Shown one piece after another: positions 20,199 through 32,579 of a DNA stretch of 64,000 bases. This DNA comes from Aquabacterium sp. GTDB taxonomy: Bacteria > Pseudomonadota > Gammaproteobacteria > Burkholderiales > Burkholderiaceae_C. Positions within the stretch are counted from its first letter, which is position 1; every line of letters starts with the position of its first letter. A program made the translations under genes and the position numbers. The stretch is from assembly GCF_028689755.1 (NCBI RefSeq), contig NZ_JAQVCO010000001.1. One strand, given 5' to 3'. The notes under the pieces are model-generated. The model saw nothing but the letters and a program-made list of their open reading frames with translations. It made no database searches and was not told the DNA's origin.

Positions 20199-20624
20199 AT
20201 GGCTATTGAACGTACCCTCTCGATCATCAAACCCGACGCCGTTGCCAAGAACGTCATCGGCCAAATCGTCAGCCGCTTTGAAGGCGCTGGCCTGAAGGTT
20301 GCCGCTGCCAAGCTGGTGCAACTGTCGCGCGCTGAAGCCGAACAGTTCTACGCTGTGCACGCTGCCCGTCCTTTCTTCAAGGACCTGGTTGAGTTCATGA
20401 TCTCGGGCCCCGTGTTCGTGCAAGTGCTCGAAGGCGAAGGCGCGATCCTGAAGAACCGCGACCTGATGGGCGCCACCGACCCGAAGAAGGCCGAAAAAGG
20501 CACCATCCGCGCTGACTTCGCTGACAGCATCGATGCCAACGCCGTTCACGGTTCCGACGCTGCCGAAACGGCCGCCGTCGAAATCGCTTTCTTCTTCCCC
20601 GCTCTGAACGTCTACAGCCGCTGA
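20199..20624 (+). CDS. ndk: Nucleoside diphosphate kinase
   Basis: [30 protein letters not shown]. Confidence 0.98.
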   Translation: MAIERTLSIIKPDAVAKNVIGQIVSRFEGAGLKVAAAKLVQLSRAEAEQFYAVHAARPFFKDLVEFMISGPVFVQVLEGEGAILKNRDLMGATDPKKAEKGTIRADFADSIDANAVHGSDAAETAAVEIAFFFPALNVYSR

Positions 20625-20654
20625 GCTGTCGACCTCGCTGAGAGTTGAAGAAGT

Positions 20655-21797
20655 ATGAGCGCCGTCAACCTGCTGGATTTCGACCTGGAAGGGTTGACTG
20701 CGTTCTGCGAACAACTGGGTGAAAAGCGCTTTCGCGCCACCCAGCTGTTTCGCTGGATCCATCAAAAAGGCGCGACCGATTTCGACCAGATGTCGGATCT
20801 CGCCAAATCGCTGCGCAGCAAGCTCAAGGGTGTGGCCACCCTGCAAGACTTGTCGGTGATCAGCGAACACGTCTCATCCGACGGCACCATCAAGTGGCTG
20901 TTCGATGTGGGCGCAGGCAACGCCGTCGAGAGCGTTTACATCCCCGAGTCCGATCGCGGCACGCTGTGCGTGTCCTCGCAGGCCGGCTGTGCGGTGGGAT
21001 GTCGCTTCTGCTCGACCGGTCATCAAGGCTTCAGCCGCAATCTCACCACCGGTGAAATCGTCGCCCAGCTCTGGCATGCCGAGCATGCGCTGCGCAAGCG
21101 CCTGGGCACCACCGAGCGTGTCATCAGCAACGTCGTGATGATGGGCATGGGCGAGCCGCTGCAGAACTACAACGCATTGGTCCCGGCCCTGAAGGTGATG
21201 CTGGACGACCATGGTTATGGTCTGTCGCGTCGCCGTGTGACGGTGTCGACCTCGGGCGTGGTGCCCATGATCGAGCGCCTCCAGAACGACTGTCCGGTGG
21301 CCTTGGCTGTGTCCCTGCATGCGCCCAACGATGCGCTGCGCGACGAACTGGTGCCGCTCAACCGCAAATACCCCATCGATGAATTGCTCACCGCCTGTCA
21401 GGCTTACCTGACCGCCGCGCCGCGCGATTTCATTACCTTTGAATACTGCATGCTCGATGGTGTCAACGACACCGACGAGCACGCCCGCCAGTTGATTGCC
21501 CTGGTCAAGGGGCGCATCAACTGCAAGTTCAACCTGATCCCGTTCAATCCCTTCCCGGCATCGGGTCTGCTGCGCTCCAACAACGAGCGTGTGCAAGCCT
21601 TCGCGCGCATCCTCGTCGATGCCGGCATCGTGACCACCGTGCGCAAGACCCGTGGCGACGACATTGACGCCGCTTGCGGCCAACTGGCCGGCGAGGTGCA
21701 AGACCGTACCCGTGCGGCGGCACGCATGTTGCGTCAACCCGTGGCCGTGAAGGTCGCGTTGCCCAAAGCGGGTGAGCGCAACCGCCACACGCATTGA
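20655..21797 (+). CDS. rlmN: Dual-specificity 23S rRNA/tRNA A2503 methyltransferase RlmN
   Basis: Radical [30 protein letters not shown]. Confidence 0.97.
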   Translation: MSAVNLLDFDLEGLTAFCEQLGEKRFRATQLFRWIHQKGATDFDQMSDLAKSLRSKLKGVATLQDLSVISEHVSSDGTIKWLFDVGAGNAVESVYIPESDRGTLCVSSQAGCAVGCRFCSTGHQGFSRNLTTGEIVAQLWHAEHALRKRLGTTERVISNVVMMGMGEPLQNYNALVPALKVMLDDHGYGLSRRRVTVSTSGVVPMIERLQNDCPVALAVSLHAPNDALRDELVPLNRKYPIDELLTACQAYLTAAPRDFITFEYCMLDGVNDTDEHARQLIALVKGRINCKFNLIPFNPFPASGLLRSNNERVQAFARILVDAGIVTTVRKTRGDDIDAACGQLAGEVQDRTRAAARMLRQPVAVKVALPKAGERNRHTH

Positions 21798-21858
21798 GTG
21801 CGGGTCAGCAGCGTCTGACACCACACTACACTGGCGCTTTTGACATGGAGATTGCCGC

Positions 21859-22680
21859 ATGAGGACGTTTCGCTCGTTGCTGACCGGTTTGGGGATCGCA
21901 GGCCTGCTGGTGGGCACACTGAATCTGGCCGGCTGTGGGGCCACCATGCCGACGGCGACCGCTGGCAGCCAGGGCGACATCGCCACCGCCTCCGACGAAA
22001 GTGAAGTCCGCAAACGTGCGCGCATCCGCATGGAGCTGGCCGCCACGTATTTCAGCCAGGGGCAGTTCACAACGGCCCTCGATGAGCTCAAGCAGGCCGA
22101 GGCCATCGACCCGTCCTTGCCGGACACGTACGAGATGCGCGCCCTGATCTACGACGCGATGGGCGACACCGCACGGACCGAAGCGAATTACCGCGTGGCG
22201 CTGGATCGCAACCCCAACAACGGCAGCGTGCTGCACAACTACGCCTGGTATCTTTGCCGCCAGGGCCAGTACCCGGCGGCCGACGCCATGTTCGAGCGTG
22301 CCTCCAATCAGCCTCAAACGGTGGCCACCAGCAAGACCTTGCTGGCCCGCGGCGTTTGCCAGGTGCGCGCAGGGCTGTATCCCGAGGCGCAGAAGACCTT
22401 GGCACGCTCGTATGAAATAGACCCCACCAATCCGGCGACGGCCTTCAATCTCGCGTCCGTCTTGCATCGCCGGGGTGAACTGGAGCGCGCGCGCTTCTAC
22501 ATTGCGCGCGTAAACAGCCGCGACGATCAGATCACGGCCGACTCACTGTGGCTGGCCACCCGCATCGAGCATCGCATCGGCAACCGCGACGGCGTGCGCG
22601 AGTTTGGTGATCAGCTGCGTCGCCGCTTCCCCGCCTCACGTGAAACCAACCTGCTCGAGTTGGGACGATTTGATGACTGA
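21859..22680 (+). CDS. pilW: Type IV pilus biogenesis/stability TPR lipoprotein PilW (PilF)
   Basis: Lipobox LAGC, RARIRMELAATY, NNYAWYLC TPRs; conserved position between rlmN and rodZ. Confidence 0.88.
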   Translation: MRTFRSLLTGLGIAGLLVGTLNLAGCGATMPTATAGSQGDIATASDESEVRKRARIRMELAATYFSQGQFTTALDELKQAEAIDPSLPDTYEMRALIYDAMGDTARTEANYRVALDRNPNNGSVLHNYAWYLCRQGQYPAADAMFERASNQPQTVATSKTLLARGVCQVRAGLYPEAQKTLARSYEIDPTNPATAFNLASVLHRRGELERARFYIARVNSRDDQITADSLWLATRIEHRIGNRDGVREFGDQLRRRFPASRETNLLELGRFDD

Positions 22681-23671
22681 CAGTGCTCCCCTCAACCTTG
22701 TGATGCCAGATGCGGGTGCTCGCCATGCCGGTGAGTTGCTGCGTCGGGCGCGCGAGGCGCAGGGCCTCACCCTGGATCACCTCGCGACCCAGATCAAGGT
22801 GTCACCGCTCAAGCTGGAGGCGCTGGAGCAGGGGCGTTATGACAGCCTGGGTGACAGCAACTTCACACGGGCGCTCGCCATGACCGTGTGCCGCACCTTG
22901 CGCATCGACGCCACCGAGATCCTGTCCGGCCTGCCGGCGGCGCGTCTGCACTCACTCAATCAAGGCAAGTCCCCGATCAACGCCCCCTTCCGCGACCATG
23001 GCAGTGTGCCGGCCTTGTTTGACCGTGGGCATCGGCTCAATCTGAAGGTCTTGCTGGCGCCGCAATGGTTGGTGCCGCTGGGTTTGCTGGTGGCTGCGGC
23101 CATCATCTATGCCTTGCCCGACAGGTTGGCGTGGCCCTCCTGGATGGGTGACGCCGACTCCCATGCCGAGGCCCCCATGCCGTCCCTCGACGAGGATACG
23201 GCGTTGGCACCTTCGTCCATTCAGGTTGCGGCCGACCCGGCAGTGCCGGTGGCGCTGCCAGAGTCGACCAGCGCGGTCGGTTTGGCCGAGTCGACGTCGA
23301 TGGCGCCCGCCAGTGCTGTGGCCCCGGCCAGCGTCGTTGCCAGCGAGGTGCTGACGCCCGCCGTCACTCAGCCGGCCCCTGTTCTGCCATCGCCCGCACC
23401 TTCGGCCGTGGCCATGGCGGCACCCACCGTTGGCGTCGCACCCGTGCGCATGGTGTTGACCGACAATTCCTGGATTGAAGTGGTGGACGCCTCGGGCTCG
23501 AAATTGTTCTCACGGATTGCCCGCGCCGGCGAAGCCGTGGAACTGCAGGGCCTGGCACCGTTCCGTTTGCGCATTGGCAATGCCAGCGCTGTGCAGGTCA
23601 GCTTCAAGGGCCAGCCGGTGCCCCTGACCGACGTCACACGCAACAATACCGCACGTGTCGAGTTGAAATGA
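22673..23671 (+). CDS. rodZ: RodZ-like cytoskeleton protein (HTH, TM helix, DUF4115)
   Basis: N-terminal HTH ([13 protein letters not shown]...LEALEQG), TM segment, Pro/Ala linker, C-terminal SWIEVVDA...IGNASAV; start set at ATG 22673. Confidence 0.85.
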   Translation: MTDSAPLNLVMPDAGARHAGELLRRAREAQGLTLDHLATQIKVSPLKLEALEQGRYDSLGDSNFTRALAMTVCRTLRIDATEILSGLPAARLHSLNQGKSPINAPFRDHGSVPALFDRGHRLNLKVLLAPQWLVPLGLLVAAAIIYALPDRLAWPSWMGDADSHAEAPMPSLDEDTALAPSSIQVAADPAVPVALPESTSAVGLAESTSMAPASAVAPASVVASEVLTPAVTQPAPVLPSPAPSAVAMAAPTVGVAPVRMVLTDNSWIEVVDASGSKLFSRIARAGEAVELQGLAPFRLRIGNASAVQVSFKGQPVPLTDVTRNNTARVELK

Positions 23672-24939
23672 CCCTGGAAAACTTCTCCCTCATTGATGTC
23701 TCTCGCCCCGCTGCCCGGCGTTCTCGGCAGGCGAGGGTGGTGTGGGGCTCCCGCGTGGTCACGATCGGGGGCGACGCCCCCGTGCGCGTGCAGTCCATGA
23801 CCAACACCGACACGGTCGATGTCATCGGCACCGCCATCCAGGTCAAGGAATTGGCGGTGGCTGGCTCCGAACTGGTCCGCATCACGGTCAACACACCGGA
23901 AGCGGCGGCCGCCGTGCCGCACATCCGCGACCAACTCGACCGCATGGGCATCGACGTGCCTTTGGTGGGCGACTTCCACTACAACGGGCACCGCCTCCTC
24001 ACCGAGGTGCCGGCCTGTGCCGAGGCCTTGTCCAAGTACCGCATCAACCCAGGCAACGTGGGCAAGGGCGAGAAGGGCGACAAGCAGTTTGCCCAGATGA
24101 TCGACGTGGCCCTGCGCCACGACAAGACCGTGCGCATCGGCGTCAACTGGGGCAGCCTCGATCAGGAACTGCTCGCGGCCATGATGGACGAGAACGCCCG
24201 CAGCGCCCAGCCTTGGGACGCCCAGCAGGTCATGTACCAGGCGCTGATCAGCTCGGCCCTGCAGTCGGCCCAGGCCGCGCAGGAGCTGGGCATGAAGCCC
24301 GAACAGATCATCCTGTCCTGCAAGGTCAGTGGCGTGCAGGACCTCATCAGCGTTTACCGTGGCCTGGCCGCCCGTTGCGACTACCCCCTGCACCTCGGCT
24401 TGACCGAAGCCGGCATGGGCACCAAGGGCACCGTGGCCTCGGCCACCGCCTTGTCCATCCTGTTACAAGAGGGCATTGGCGACACGATCCGCGTGTCGCT
24501 CACGCCGCAACCCGGCGAGGCCCGCACCCAAGAGGTCGTGGTCGCACTTGAAATTTTGCAGGCCTTGGGGCTGCGCACCTTTGTGCCCAGCGTCACCGCC
24601 TGCCCCGGCTGCGGCCGCACCACCAGCACCACCTTCCAGGAACTGGCCAAGCAGATCGACGACTTCCTGCGCGCGCAGATGCCGGTCTGGCGCAGCCAGT
24701 ACCCCGGCGTCGAGAACCTCAAGGTGGCGGTCATGGGCTGCATCGTCAACGGCCCGGGCGAGAGCAAGCATGCCGACATCGGCATCAGCCTGCCCGGCAC
24801 CGGCGAAGCTCCCGCAGCCCCGGTGTTCATTGACGGCGAAAAAGCCCTCACCCTGCGTGGCGAGCGCATCGCCGAAGAGTTCCAGCAACTCGTCCAGACC
24901 TACATTGATCGCCGTTTTGGCGGGGCCGCACAGGCCTGA
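23668..24939 (+). CDS. ispG: (E)-4-hydroxy-3-methylbut-2-enyl-diphosphate synthase
   Basis: [42 protein letters not shown]. Confidence 0.98.
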   Translation: MTLENFSLIDVSRPAARRSRQARVVWGSRVVTIGGDAPVRVQSMTNTDTVDVIGTAIQVKELAVAGSELVRITVNTPEAAAAVPHIRDQLDRMGIDVPLVGDFHYNGHRLLTEVPACAEALSKYRINPGNVGKGEKGDKQFAQMIDVALRHDKTVRIGVNWGSLDQELLAAMMDENARSAQPWDAQQVMYQALISSALQSAQAAQELGMKPEQIILSCKVSGVQDLISVYRGLAARCDYPLHLGLTEAGMGTKGTVASATALSILLQEGIGDTIRVSLTPQPGEARTQEVVVALEILQALGLRTFVPSVTACPGCGRTTSTTFQELAKQIDDFLRAQMPVWRSQYPGVENLKVAVMGCIVNGPGESKHADIGISLPGTGEAPAAPVFIDGEKALTLRGERIAEEFQQLVQTYIDRRFGGAAQA

Positions 24940-24972
24940 TCCCTTTCAAGAAAACAAGAAACTGACGCTCTC

Positions 24973-26277
24973 ATGGCAGAAAAGCTGACCGCCATCAAAG
25001 GCATGAACGACATCCTGCCGCCGGAATCGGCGCGCTGGGAATGGCTCGAAGACAAGGTGCGACAACTGATGTGCCGCTACGGCTATCTGAACATGCGCAC
25101 GCCCATCGTCGAGCCCACCGCCTTGTTCGTGCGTGGCCTGGGCGAAGTCACCGACATCGTCGAAAAGGAGATGTACTCCTTTGAAGACAGCCTCAATGGC
25201 GACAAGCTGACCCTGCGCCCCGAAGGCACCGCCGGCTCGGTGCGCGCCATCAACGAGCACAATTTTCTGTACGAAGGCGGCAAGCGCCTGTACTACATCG
25301 GCCCCATGTTCCGCCACGAGCGCCCGCAAAAAGGACGCTATCGCCAGTTCCATCAGGTGGGTGCCGAGGTGCTGGGTTTCGCCGGTCCGGACGTGGACGC
25401 CGAGCTCATCCTGATGACCGCCGCCCTGTGGCGCGACCTGGGCCTGACCATCGGTCAGGACGTGAGCCTGCAGATCAACAGCCTGGGCCAGCCCGATGAG
25501 CGCAAGGCCCACCGTGCGGCCTTGATCACTTACCTCGAAGCCAACGCAGACCAGCTGGACGAAGAGGCGCGTCGCCGCTTGCACAGCAACCCGCTGCGCA
25601 TTTTGGACACCAAGAACCCGGCCATGCAGGCCCTGGTGGAAGCCGCGCCCAAGTTGATCGACTTCCTGGGCGACGAATCGCTGGCCCATTTCGGTGCCGT
25701 GAAGTTCGCCCTGGAGGCGGCTGGCGTTCCCTACCAGGTCAACACCCGTCTGGTGCGTGGCATGGACTACTACAACCTCACCGTGTTCGAGTGGGTGACC
25801 GACAAACTCGGCGCCCAGGGCACGGTGTGCGGCGGTGGTCGCTACGATGGCCTGGTCGAACAATTGGGCGGCAAGCCCGCGCCGGCCGTGGGGTGGGGCT
25901 TGGGCATGGAGCGGCTGCTCCTGCTCCTGCAGGAGATCGGTGTCGAGGCCCCCTCGACCGCCCCCGACGCCTTCGCCATGGTTTTCGCTGGCACCCCCAT
26001 GCCCGTCGTGCTGGCCACGCTCGAAGCCTTGCGTGCGCAAGGCGTCTGCGTGCAACTGCATCCCGCCGGCAAGGATGGCCCTGCCAGTCCCAAGTCACAG
26101 TTCAAGAAAGCCGATGCCAGCGGCGCGCGCTTTGCCCTGGTCTTTGGTCCGGACGAAGTGGCCCAAGGTCTGGTGGCCGTCAAGCCTTTGCGTGACGGTG
26201 GCGAGCAGACCTCCCTCAAGCTGGCCGATGCGGCGGACTGGGCGCGCACGCTCCTGACGCCGGCGATGGCCTCCTGA
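24973..26277 (+). CDS. hisS: Histidine--tRNA ligase
   Basis: [52 protein letters not shown]. Confidence 0.98.
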   Translation: MAEKLTAIKGMNDILPPESARWEWLEDKVRQLMCRYGYLNMRTPIVEPTALFVRGLGEVTDIVEKEMYSFEDSLNGDKLTLRPEGTAGSVRAINEHNFLYEGGKRLYYIGPMFRHERPQKGRYRQFHQVGAEVLGFAGPDVDAELILMTAALWRDLGLTIGQDVSLQINSLGQPDERKAHRAALITYLEANADQLDEEARRRLHSNPLRILDTKNPAMQALVEAAPKLIDFLGDESLAHFGAVKFALEAAGVPYQVNTRLVRGMDYYNLTVFEWVTDKLGAQGTVCGGGRYDGLVEQLGGKPAPAVGWGLGMERLLLLLQEIGVEAPSTAPDAFAMVFAGTPMPVVLATLEALRAQGVCVQLHPAGKDGPASPKSQFKKADASGARFALVFGPDEVAQGLVAVKPLRDGGEQTSLKLADAADWARTLLTPAMAS

Positions 26278-26324
26278 CCGTCATAATCGACGGCTTACAC
26301 CTACAACCCCTCACTTCGGCAAAC

Positions 26325-27011
26325 ATGGCGACCTACGACAACGAACAGCAAGAACAGCTGGAGCAGTTCAAGCACTTCTGGAAGCAGTACGGCAACCTGA
26401 TCACCTGGGTGCTGGTGCTGGTGCTGGGTGCCTACGCCGCCTGGACCGGTTACCAGTACTGGCAGCAAAAGCGCGGCCAGGCCGCTGCCGGCCTGTACGA
26501 AGAGATGGACCGCGCCGTGACCGGCGGCAACGCCGACAAGGCTGCCCAGGCCTTCGCTGACCTCAAAAAGGACTATGCCGGCACCACCTTTGCCGCTCAA
26601 GGTGCTTTGCTGGCCGCCAAGGTGGCGCTTGATCAGCAAAAGACCGACGAGGCCAAAGCCGCTCTGCAATGGGCTGTGGATGAAGGCAAGAACCCTGATT
26701 TGGTGGCGATTGCCCGCCTGAGACTGTCGGGTGTCCAGATGGACGCCAAGGCCTATGACGAAGCCCTGCAGACCCTCTCGGTGGCGGTGCCGGCTGAGTT
26801 CGCGCCTCTGGCCGATGACCGTCGGGGTGACATCCTGTCCGCTCAAGGCAAGAAGGACGAGGCCGTCAAGGCTTACCGCGCCGCCTGGGACACCATGCCC
26901 CCGGAAGTCGAGTACCGTCGCTTCATCGAAGGCAAACTGACGGCCTTGGGCCAGGCTCCGGTGCCTGCTGCCGCACAGACGTCCTCGGCCGCAGCCTCCT
27001 CTGCTCCGTGA
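26325..27011 (+). CDS. yfgM: YfgM family TPR membrane chaperone (ancillary SecYEG subunit)
   Basis: EQLEQFKHFWKQYGN, single TM helix then TPR-like helices; located between hisS and bamB. Confidence 0.88.
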   Translation: MATYDNEQQEQLEQFKHFWKQYGNLITWVLVLVLGAYAAWTGYQYWQQKRGQAAAGLYEEMDRAVTGGNADKAAQAFADLKKDYAGTTFAAQGALLAAKVALDQQKTDEAKAALQWAVDEGKNPDLVAIARLRLSGVQMDAKAYDEALQTLSVAVPAEFAPLADDRRGDILSAQGKKDEAVKAYRAAWDTMPPEVEYRRFIEGKLTALGQAPVPAAAQTSSAAASSAP

Positions 27012-27033
27012 CTCCTCACCCGAGAGTGACCTC

Positions 27034-28191
27034 ATGACATTTACGCGTTTCATCCCGGTGGCCTTGTCTCAGCGTGCCACGCGCCTGCTTGGCGGAGCGC
27101 TGAGCGCCCTGGCCCTGGCCACCTTGGCCGCTTGTGGCTCCAGCAAGCCTTCGCCGGCACCGCTGGAATCTCTCAAGCCCGAAGCCAGCCTCACCACGGT
27201 GTGGTCGCAGCGCTTGGACTCGGTCAGTGGGGCGTTGACCCTGGCCAGCAGCCAAGGCGTCATCACCACCGCCAGCACCGATGGCGAAATTGCTGCGTTT
27301 GACGGCGCCACGGGCGCGTTGCGCTGGCGCGCTCAGGCCAAGGGCGATTTGTCTGCAGCGGTGGGCAGCGATGGCCGCCACGCCGCTGTCGTGACCACCG
27401 ACAACGAACTGCAGGTGTTCGATCAGGGCAAGTGGGTCTGGACCGAGCGCCTGCCCGGCCGTGTCATCACCGCCCCCCTGGTGGCAGGCGAGCGCGTCTT
27501 TGTGCAGGCCGTCGACCGCAGCGTGCGTGGCTACGATGCCCTCGATGGCCGCTGGCTGTGGCAGTATCAACGCCCGGGCGGCGAGCCCCTGGCCCTGGCC
27601 ACCTCGGGTGCCCTGGGCGCCTTCCGCGACACCTTGCTGGTGGGGCAGGGCTCACGCCTCGTCGGGCTCGACCCGCTCAAGGGCACCGTCCGCTTCGATG
27701 TCAACGTGGGCACCCCACGTGGCACCAACGAAGTCGAGCGCCTGGCCGATCTGGTTGGCCCGATGGCCCGCGCCGATGACGAAGTCTGCGTGCGTGCATT
27801 TCAGTTGTCGGTGGCGTGTCTGGAATTGAACCGTGGCAGCCTGCGCTGGTCGCGCCCTCAAGCAGGTGCTCAGGCGGTGGCTGCCAACGAGCGTCTGGTG
27901 GTGGGGGCTGATGGCGCTGACCGACTGACCGCCTGGAAAACCGAGAATGGCGATGTCCTGTGGCGTGCCGATCGTTTCACACACCGTGGCCTGAGTGCGC
28001 CCGCCATCATCGGTGAGCGCGTGGCGGTGGTCGATGCCGAGGGCTACCTTCACCTGCTGTCGTCCACCGATGGCCGCACGCTGGCCCGCATCGAGCTCGA
28101 CAGCGCGGCCGCAGCCGCCCCCCTGGTGGCCAATCAGCTCTTGTACGTGACCACACGCAAGGGCACCCTGTACGCCTTGCGTGCCAATTGA
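27034..28191 (+). CDS. bamB: Outer membrane protein assembly lipoprotein BamB
   Basis: Lipobox LAAC, PQQ-like propeller repeats, GTNEVERLADL; upstream of der. Confidence 0.92.
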   Translation: MTFTRFIPVALSQRATRLLGGALSALALATLAACGSSKPSPAPLESLKPEASLTTVWSQRLDSVSGALTLASSQGVITTASTDGEIAAFDGATGALRWRAQAKGDLSAAVGSDGRHAAVVTTDNELQVFDQGKWVWTERLPGRVITAPLVAGERVFVQAVDRSVRGYDALDGRWLWQYQRPGGEPLALATSGALGAFRDTLLVGQGSRLVGLDPLKGTVRFDVNVGTPRGTNEVERLADLVGPMARADDEVCVRAFQLSVACLELNRGSLRWSRPQAGAQAVAANERLVVGADGADRLTAWKTENGDVLWRADRFTHRGLSAPAIIGERVAVVDAEGYLHLLSSTDGRTLARIELDSAAAAAPLVANQLLYVTTRKGTLYALRAN

Positions 28192-28213
28192 TTTTTTTGC
28201 TGACTGAGAATTC

Positions 28214-29551
28214 ATGAAACCTGTCATTGCGCTGGTCGGACGACCCAACGTCGGCAAGTCGACGTTGTTCAATCGCCTGACCAAGAGCCGCGATGCCATC
28301 GTGGCCGACTTTGCTGGCCTGACCCGCGACCGTCACTATGGTGAGGGCCGCATGGGCTCGCACGAGTACATCGTCGTCGACACCGGCGGCTTCGAGCCTG
28401 ACTGCGTGTCGGGCATCGTCAAGGAAATGGCCAAGCAGACCCGCCAGGCCGTGGCCGAGGCCGATGTCGTCATCTTCGTGGTGGATGCCCGCAATGGCCT
28501 GTCCGCTCAGGACCACGACATTGCCCGCTATCTGCGCACCACCAACAAGAAGGTGCTGCTGGCTGCCAACAAGTCCGAAGGGATGAAAGAGGGCGTGCAA
28601 CTGGCCGAGTTCTATGAGCTGGGCATGGGTGAGCCCATCCCGGTCTCCTCGGCACACGGTCAAGGGATCCGCTCCCTGCTGGACGAGGCCCTCGCCGAGT
28701 TCATCGAAGAGGAGGACGAAGACGAAGAGGCGCTGGACGATCCGGAGCGTCCCATCCGCCTGGCCGTCGCCGGTCGCCCCAATGTGGGCAAGTCCACCCT
28801 GATCAACACCTGGCTGGGCGAAGAGCGTCTGGTAGCCTTTGACATGCCCGGCACCACGCGCGACGCCATCAGCGTGCCGTTCGAGCGCGAAGGTCAGAAG
28901 TTCGAGCTCATCGACACGGCCGGTTTGCGCCGCAAGGGCAAGGTTTTCGAGGCCATCGAGAAGTTCTCGGTGGTCAAGACCCTGCAGGCCATCTCCGATG
29001 CCAACGTGGTGCTGCTGCTGATCGACGCCACCCAGGGCGTCACCGAGCAGGACGCCCACATTGCCGGCTTTGTGCTTGAAGCGGGCCGTGCCGTCGTCAT
29101 CGCCGTCAACAAATGGGATGCGGTCGACAGCTATCAGCGCGAACTGCTGATGCGCTCCATCGAGCACCGCCTGTCCTTCCTCAAGTTCGCACCAGTGCTG
29201 CACATCTCGGCCATCAAGCGGCAGGGCCTGGGCCCGCTGTGGAAGTCCATTGCTGCGGCCTGGCGCTCCGCCGCCTGCAAGATGCCGACGCCGGTGCTCA
29301 CGCGCCTGCTGCAGGAAGCCGTGCAGTTCCAGCAACCCAAGAAGGCCGGCGCCTTCCGACCCAAGTTGCGCTACGCCCACCAGGGCGGGCAGAACCCGCC
29401 GGTCATCGTGGTCCATGGCAATTCGCTGGAGCACGTCACCGACGCCTACAAGCGCTTCCTCGAAGGGCGTTTCCGCGAGCACTTCAAGCTCACGGGCACC
29501 CCTTTGCGCATCGAAATGAAATCATCCTCGAACCCCTTCATCGGGGAGTGA
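28214..29551 (+). CDS. der: Ribosome biogenesis GTPase Der (EngA)
   Basis: Two GRPNVGKS G-domains, DTGG/DTAG, KH-like C-terminus. Confidence 0.98.
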   Translation: MKPVIALVGRPNVGKSTLFNRLTKSRDAIVADFAGLTRDRHYGEGRMGSHEYIVVDTGGFEPDCVSGIVKEMAKQTRQAVAEADVVIFVVDARNGLSAQDHDIARYLRTTNKKVLLAANKSEGMKEGVQLAEFYELGMGEPIPVSSAHGQGIRSLLDEALAEFIEEEDEDEEALDDPERPIRLAVAGRPNVGKSTLINTWLGEERLVAFDMPGTTRDAISVPFEREGQKFELIDTAGLRRKGKVFEAIEKFSVVKTLQAISDANVVLLLIDATQGVTEQDAHIAGFVLEAGRAVVIAVNKWDAVDSYQRELLMRSIEHRLSFLKFAPVLHISAIKRQGLGPLWKSIAAAWRSAACKMPTPVLTRLLQEAVQFQQPKKAGAFRPKLRYAHQGGQNPPVIVVHGNSLEHVTDAYKRFLEGRFREHFKLTGTPLRIEMKSSSNPFIGE

Positions 29552-29654
29552 GGCGCAACACCACTGTCTCAGACCAGACACCGCGTCAACCCAAGGGATC
29601 GGGGGGACTGTGTTAAGGTCTGATCTCCCACCATCTTTCAACACGGAACATATC

Positions 29655-29894
29655 GTGAGCAACAAAGGCCAACTCCTGCAAGACCCTTTCCTGAACCTGC
29701 TGCGTCGTGAACACGTGCCAGTCTCCATCTATCTGGTCAACGGCATCAAGCTGCAAGGTCACATCGAGTCTTTCGATCAGTACGTGGTCTTGCTGCGCAA
29801 CACCGTCACGCAGATGGTTTACAAGCACGCCATCTCGACGGTTGTGCCCGGTCGCGCCGTGAACTTCCACGCTGGCGACACGCCTGAGGCCTGA
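29655..29894 (+). CDS. hfq: RNA chaperone Hfq
   Basis: [34 protein letters not shown]; GTG start at 29655. Confidence 0.98.
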   Translation: MSNKGQLLQDPFLNLLRREHVPVSIYLVNGIKLQGHIESFDQYVVLLRNTVTQMVYKHAISTVVPGRAVNFHAGDTPEA

Positions 29895-29950
29895 TCCGTC
29901 TTGCCACGGTTCCCGGACCCCTCCAACCTGCCTAGCCCAGTCCTGACGCC

Positions 29951-31201
29951 TTGACACCTTCTTCGTCTGCGCCGAACCCGTCCAATGACCCACGGGTTGT
30001 GCTGGTGGGGGTCGATTTCGGCCCCGGTTCTTCTTTTGATCCCACCCTTGACGAGCTGGCCTTGCTGGCCGAATCGGCTGGTGATCAACCTGTTGCGAAG
30101 GTCACGGCCAAGCGCCGTGCACCCGATGCTGCCTTGTTTGTCGGCTCAGGCAAAGCCGACGAGATCAAAGAACTCGTCCAGCTGTACCAGGCGCATGGCG
30201 TGCTCTTTGACCAGGCCTTGTCGCCCGCGCAGCAGCGCAATCTGGAGCGACACCTGGGCGTCGAGGTGCTGGACCGTACCGGCCTGATCCTCGAGATTTT
30301 CGGTGCGCGTGCGCGCAGCCACGAAGGCAAGTTGCAAGTTGAACTGGCCCGGCTGCAGTACCTGTCGACGCGTCTGGTGCGTCGCTGGTCCCACCTGGAG
30401 CGGCAGCGTGGTGGCGTCGGTCACCGCGGTGGCCCGGGCGAAACCCAGATCGAGCTGGACCGCCGCATGATCGACCAGAAGATCAAGTCGCTCAAGCTGC
30501 AACTGGCCAAGGTCAAGCGTCAGCGCAACACCCAGCGGCGCTCGCGCGAGCGCACCGACACCTTTCGCATCTCGCTGGTGGGTTACACCAACGCCGGCAA
30601 GTCGACGCTGTTCAATGCGCTGACCAAGGCCGGCACCTATGCGGCCGATCAGCTGTTCGCCACACTCGACACCACCACGCGCCAGATGTTCCTGGCCCAG
30701 GCGCAGCGCAGTGTGACGCTGTCCGACACGGTCGGCTTCATCCGCGATCTGCCGCACACCCTGGTCGAATCGTTCAAGGCCACCTTGCAGGAAGCGGCCG
30801 AGGCCGATGTCCTGCTGCATGTGGTGGACGCGGCCAGCCCGGTCGTGCTGGAGCAGATCGACGAGGTGCTGCGCGTGCTCGACAGCATCGACGCCGGCCA
30901 GTTGCCCCAGGTGCTGGTCTTCAACAAATGCGATTGCCTGCCTGAGCACCAGCGTCCGCTGCACCAGCGCGATGTGTACGAGCTGCCCTCAGGGCGACGG
31001 TGCCATCGGGTATTTGTCAGCGCGCTCAAGGGCGAGGGGCTGGGCGTGCTGCGCGAGGTGTTGGCCGACGCCGCATTGCATGGTCTGCAAGGGGGGCTTG
31101 ATGCCCCGCCTCAGCGAGATCCGCGTTTCGACATGCACAATGCATCCCATGAGCCGGTGCCCGATGCGGCACCTCCAGAAATTCCTACTGACCGATCATG
31201 A
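29951..31201 (+). CDS. hflX: Ribosome rescue GTPase HflX
   Basis: LSPAQQRNLE, EGKLQVELA, GPGETQIELDRR, GYTNAGKSTL, SDTVGFI. Confidence 0.97.
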   Translation: MTPSSSAPNPSNDPRVVLVGVDFGPGSSFDPTLDELALLAESAGDQPVAKVTAKRRAPDAALFVGSGKADEIKELVQLYQAHGVLFDQALSPAQQRNLERHLGVEVLDRTGLILEIFGARARSHEGKLQVELARLQYLSTRLVRRWSHLERQRGGVGHRGGPGETQIELDRRMIDQKIKSLKLQLAKVKRQRNTQRRSRERTDTFRISLVGYTNAGKSTLFNALTKAGTYAADQLFATLDTTTRQMFLAQAQRSVTLSDTVGFIRDLPHTLVESFKATLQEAAEADVLLHVVDAASPVVLEQIDEVLRVLDSIDAGQLPQVLVFNKCDCLPEHQRPLHQRDVYELPSGRRCHRVFVSALKGEGLGVLREVLADAALHGLQGGLDAPPQRDPRFDMHNASHEPVPDAAPPEIPTDRS

Positions 31202-32547
31202 ACATGCCATCTCTGGATGAGGGCCGAGGCCCCGCACCACACCGTCACTGGGTGATGAATGCCGTGTCCCTGGCAGCCAGTCTGCTCGCGGGGGCCGGAC
31301 GCCGTGTCACCTGGTTGACGGCCAACGCTGTCAAGCAGGCCATCCCGGGCGTGGCCGGTGGCCAGGCCAGTTACAACGGCCGCCAGGATGGCCCACCCGA
31401 TCTGGATGAGCTCTGGCGCGACTTCAACCGCAAGCTCAGCGGTGTGTTCACCGGCAACAAGGGTGAAGGCAACGGGGGCAAGGGCGGTGGTGGTTTCACG
31501 CCCGACCCCAAAGGCGCCAGCATTGGTGCCGGGCTCATCGCCGGTCTGATCGCCTTGGTATGGGCCGGAAGCGGCTTCTTCATCGTGCAGGAAGGTCAGC
31601 AGGCCGTCGTGATGTCCTTCGGGCGTTTCAGCCACAAGGTGGATGCCGGTTTCCAGTGGCGCGCCCCTTATCCCTTCCAGTCGCACGAAATCGTCAACCT
31701 CACGCAACTGCGCTCCATTGATGTGGGCAGCAGCACGGTGTTGCAGGCCACGGCTTTGCGTGATTCGTCCATGCTCACGCGTGACGAGAACATCGTCGAC
31801 ATCCGCTTCACGGTGCAATACCGTCTGGCCGATGCCCGTGACTACCTGTTCGAAAACCGCAGCTCTGACGAAGCCGTGCAGCAGGCCGCAGAGTCGGCCG
31901 TGCGAGAAATCGTCGGCAACAGCACCATGGACTCGGTGCTCTACGAGCAGCGCGATGCCATCGCGACCGAACTGGTCAAGTCCATCCAGGCCCAGCTTAA
32001 CAAGCTCAAGGCCGGTGTGACGGTGGTCAACGTCAACGTGCAGAGCGTTCAGGCCCCCGAGCAGGTGCAGGCGGCGTTTGACGATGCCTTCAAGGCCGGT
32101 GCTGACCGCGAACGTTTGAAGAACGAAGGCCAGGCCTACGCCAACGACGTCATTCCCAAGGCACAGGGTACCGCGGCGCGTCTGCGTGAAGAGGCTGCCG
32201 GTTATGCCGCCCGCGTTGTCGCGCAGGCTGAGGGTGATGCCGAGCGCTTCAAGTCCGTGTTGAACGAGTACAAGAAAGCCCCGGGCGTGACGCGTGATCG
32301 TCTCTACACCGACACCATGGCGCAGGTCTACAGCAACGTCACCAAGGTGATGGTGGACAGCCGCCAGGGCTCCAACTTGCTGTATCTGCCGCTGGACAAG
32401 ATCATGCAGATGTCGGGCGCCAATGGTGGTGCGCCGGCTCCGGCTGCAGTCGCCTCCGAACCCGTTGCCACCTCCAACCCTGCTGCGGCATCTGCAGATG
32501 CCCGCTCGCGTGATGGCTTGCGCAGTCGCGATCGCGACGTGCGCTGA
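31198..32547 (+). CDS. hflK: FtsH protease modulator HflK
   Basis: GPPDLDELWRDFN, SPFH domain, MLTRDENIV; start uncertain. Confidence 0.95.
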   Translation: MNMPSLDEGRGPAPHRHWVMNAVSLAASLLAGAGRRVTWLTANAVKQAIPGVAGGQASYNGRQDGPPDLDELWRDFNRKLSGVFTGNKGEGNGGKGGGGFTPDPKGASIGAGLIAGLIALVWAGSGFFIVQEGQQAVVMSFGRFSHKVDAGFQWRAPYPFQSHEIVNLTQLRSIDVGSSTVLQATALRDSSMLTRDENIVDIRFTVQYRLADARDYLFENRSSDEAVQQAAESAVREIVGNSTMDSVLYEQRDAIATELVKSIQAQLNKLKAGVTVVNVNVQSVQAPEQVQAAFDDAFKAGADRERLKNEGQAYANDVIPKAQGTAARLREEAAGYAARVVAQAEGDAERFKSVLNEYKKAPGVTRDRLYTDTMAQVYSNVTKVMVDSRQGSNLLYLPLDKIMQMSGANGGAPAPAAVASEPVATSNPAAASADARSRDGLRSRDRDVR

Positions 32548-32579
32548 GCGCACCCCACCAGACAGGCAAGGAAACTGAC